Translations under genes and position numbers: made by a program
Notes under the pieces: generated by a model
Told to the model about the DNA's origin: nothing
What the model saw: the letters and a program-made list of their open reading frames with translations, nothing else
Databases searched by the model: none
Shown here: piece by piece, positions 60,816 through 64,000 of the stretch
Layout: each line of letters starts with the position of its first letter
Position numbering within the stretch: position 1 is the first letter of the stretch
DNA from: the human T2T-CHM13v2.0 reference genome, Homo sapiens
DNA: 64,000 nt
Direction: 5' to 3' (one strand)
Assembly (NCBI RefSeq): GCF_009914755.1
Contig: NC_060939.1

Positions 60816-62958
60816 TTATATATGATATATGTTATATGTTATGTAATATGCTTTATATGTAATATATAACCTCATATATATTATATGTCATAATATATAA
60901 TAGTTATCCTGTGTCATATTATATATATTATATATTTCATAACATATATAATATATAATACATATTATACATCTTATATATGAAAATATGTAATTAGAGA
61001 TAAAATAACATATAGTTATATATAATATGATATATAACATATATACTATATCATATATGATATATAATATATAATTTTTTATTGCATATTATAATTCATA
61101 TATATTATAATTTATATAATGATATAATTATTTATATAATATAAATAATTATACATGATTATATAATTATATATAATATAAATAATAATATATATAATTA
61201 CATATTCATATCGTTATATATAATAATACATTTCATATGTAATTATATATATCATATAATAGACAACACACCTAATATATAATATATAATATATATTATA
61301 CAATATAGGATACAAAAGATGTATGATATATAAGATATCATAATATAATATATATTTTAACATTATGTATGTAACATGTAATATGTGATATATAAAATAA
61401 ATTATGTAATATAAAATAATATAATATAATATATACTATATTAAGGTATATTATGTAAAGTATGTAATAAAATTATAAGTAACATAATATATAGTTATAT
61501 ATATTATCTTATGTATTTACATAGAGTATTATACAGTTATATATAATTTTAAATTGTTATATATAATTTAATATAAAACAAATATAATATACATCATAAC
61601 ATATATATTGTATACCATATATATATTATGTATCATATATTGTATGTTATATATCATATATTGTATATCATATATTATATGTTATATGTATCACATTCCA
61701 CATTTTGTATATTATAAATTATATACAATATATGACATATATTATATTATATATAATAAATTATACATTATATGTAACATAGTATATATTATATGTAACA
61801 TGTATATTCTATGTAAAATATATGATATATAACATATTACATATAATTAATAACATAGACATATAATATATATTTAACATATGTACTATATATACAACGT
61901 ATTATACATATACTATATAATATATATTATATATATGGCATAAAATATAATATATATTATATGTCATATTTTATATATACAATTATATATTATTATATGT
62001 TATTTTATATTATCTATAACATAGATATTATATATATACCTATAATGTATATTACATATAACGTAGATATTATATATAATATATATAATGTATATTATAT
62101 ATAACGTAGATATTATATATAATATATATAATGTATATTATATATTTAATACGTATATTAACCATATAATATATTCTATATATGATATATAATGTATATT
62201 ATATATGTCATAAAACATAATATATAATATATGTCATTGTATAAATATAATACTTATATATTATCAATTATTATATTACATTTAATATATATAATATAAG
62301 ATGCAGGATGTGAGACAATATTATATATATGTTATTTATATTATATATATGATACTATATATTATTGTATACATAATGTGTATATATATTTGTGGGTGCC
62401 CTATTTCCCATCTCATAACTTGTTTTAAGAAGCGCAGCATAATAATGTGTGGGCTTGGGATTCAGTTTTTGAAACAAAACACTGAGCCTTCAATGACCTT
62501 TCGGTCTATGTAGAAGCGCTCCTGTCTTCGTGGCAGCAGTTGGACCTCACAATGTGGATTGTGCCGTCACCCTGCAATGTTTATGCCCTATCGCCATGGT
62601 GACGGGATTAGGGATCTCCTGCTCTTGGTCCTAAAGGCCACTGTCTGTGCTGTGTTTTTCAAAGGTCAGCACAGAGTGAACCTTTGTGGTTTTATTTTCC
62701 CTGAGTTTGATTTTTCTCATGGGGAACCTGTGGTGCTGCTTTGAAGGTATATTCATACTGGCCTTTCAAATGCCAACTCTTCAAATTACTAGTTAATGCT
62801 TTCAAAGTATGTTATTTCAAAAATTATCCTCCGTATTTTCCATATGCAGTTATAAATATGTTTCATGGTTATGTTTCATTCCTCAGTTTATATATTTGAT
62901 TATTGTACCAAGCAGAGTACCTTTGAAATTTTTTTTCATCTAAAAAATATGTAAATTA

Positions 62959-63248
62959 GCTCAGGCCTGTAATCCCAGCAAATTTGGAGGCCAAGGCAAG
63001 GGGATCACAAGGTAAAGAGATCAAGACCATCCTGGCCAATACAGTGAAACGCTGTCACTACTAAAAATCCAAAAAATTAGCTAGGCATTGTGGCAGCTGG
63101 TGTAGTCCCAGTGTGGTGTAGTCCAAGCTACCTGGGAGGCTGAGGGAGGGCAATCGCTTGAACCCGTGAGGCAGATGTTGCAGTGAGCAAATTTGGTGCC
63201 ATTGTACTCCACCCTGTGCAACAGGACAACACTCTGTCTAAAAAAAAA
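62959..63248 (+). mobile_element. Alu copy, U26
   Basis: Same sequence as 1973-2262. Confidence 0.95.
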
Positions 63249-64000
63249 TTATATATGATATATGTTATATGTTATGTAATATGCTTTATATGTAATATAT
63301 AACCTCATATATATTATATGTCATAATATATAATAGTTATCCTGTGTCATATTATATATATTATATATTTCATAACATATATAATATATAATACATATTA
63401 TACATCTTATATATGAAAATATGTAATTAGAGATAAAATAACATATAGTTATATATAATATGATATATAACATATATACTATATCATATATGATATATAA
63501 TATATAATTTTTTATTGCATATTATAATTCATATATATTATAATTTATATAATGATATAATTATTTATATAATATAAATAATTATACATGCTTATATAAT
63601 TATATATAATATAAATAATAATATATATAATTACATATTCATATCGTTATATATAATAATACATTTCATATGTAATTATATATATCATATAATAGACAAC
63701 ACACCTAATATATAATATATAATATATATTATACAATATAGGATACAAAAGATGTATGATATATAAGATATCATAATATAATATATATTTTAACATTATG
63801 TATGTAACATGTAATATGTGATATATAAAATAAATTATGTAATATAAAATAATATAATATAATATATACTATATTAAGGTATATTATGTAAAGTATGTAA
63901 TAAAATTATAAGTAACATAATATATAGTTATATATATTATCTTATGTATTTACATAGAGTATTATACAGTTATATATAATTTTAAATTGTTATATATAAT

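Larger units (their letters stand above)
1..64000 (+). repeat. HSat1B/DYZ2-type composite satellite array (~2.44 kb monomer, ~26.2 head-to-tail copies), running off both window ends
   Basis: Anchor AAGATGCAGGATGTG recurs 26 times (1315, 3792, 6225, 8664, 11103, 13542, 15982, 18418, 20854, 23287, 25720, 28153, 30593, 33032, 35465, 37898, 40338, 42778, 45218, 47651, 50128, 52567, 55003, 57435, 59868, 62301) at 2432-2477 bp spacing. The tripartite HSATI-like/Alu/AT-rich monomer matches the established HSat1B (DYZ2) organisation. Confidence 0.95.

Noticed and set aside
1-64000. CRISPR-like, integron-like or other repeat-spacer system
   Set aside because: The intervening segments are near-identical rather than unique spacers, the unit is 2.4 kb, there are no cas or integrase genes, and the Alu marks the DNA as primate.

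Overview
The whole 64 kb window is one uninterrupted head-to-tail tandem array of about 26.2 copies of a ~2.44 kb monomer. Spacing between the recurring ATGCAGGATGTG anchor is 2432-2477 bp, all copies lie in one orientation, and they differ only by scattered SNVs and small indels. Each monomer has three parts: a ~570 bp moderately GC-containing HSATI-type segment, a ~290 bp 5'-truncated and strongly diverged Alu on the + strand, and a ~1.58 kb extremely AT-rich low-complexity domain. This is the known architecture of the hominid HSat1B/DYZ2 satellite (Yq12 heterochromatin; related arrays on acrocentric short arms). The chromosome and species cannot be fixed from the sequence alone. I find no credible protein-coding gene, RNA gene, CRISPR array or new biological system; the listed ORFs are by-products of the repeat. 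The informative signal is the variant structure between monomers: a young ~10 kb block copied 34.15 kb (14 units) away, an older 4-unit tandem duplication (9745 bp), a 3-unit local expansion, two interleaved monomer lineages, a dispersed pair of monomers with a 37-bp duplication, and mosaic monomers indicating conversion or unequal exchange. Units are numbered U1-U26 from the anchors at 1315, 3792, 6225 ... 62301. Variant comparisons were done by eye.
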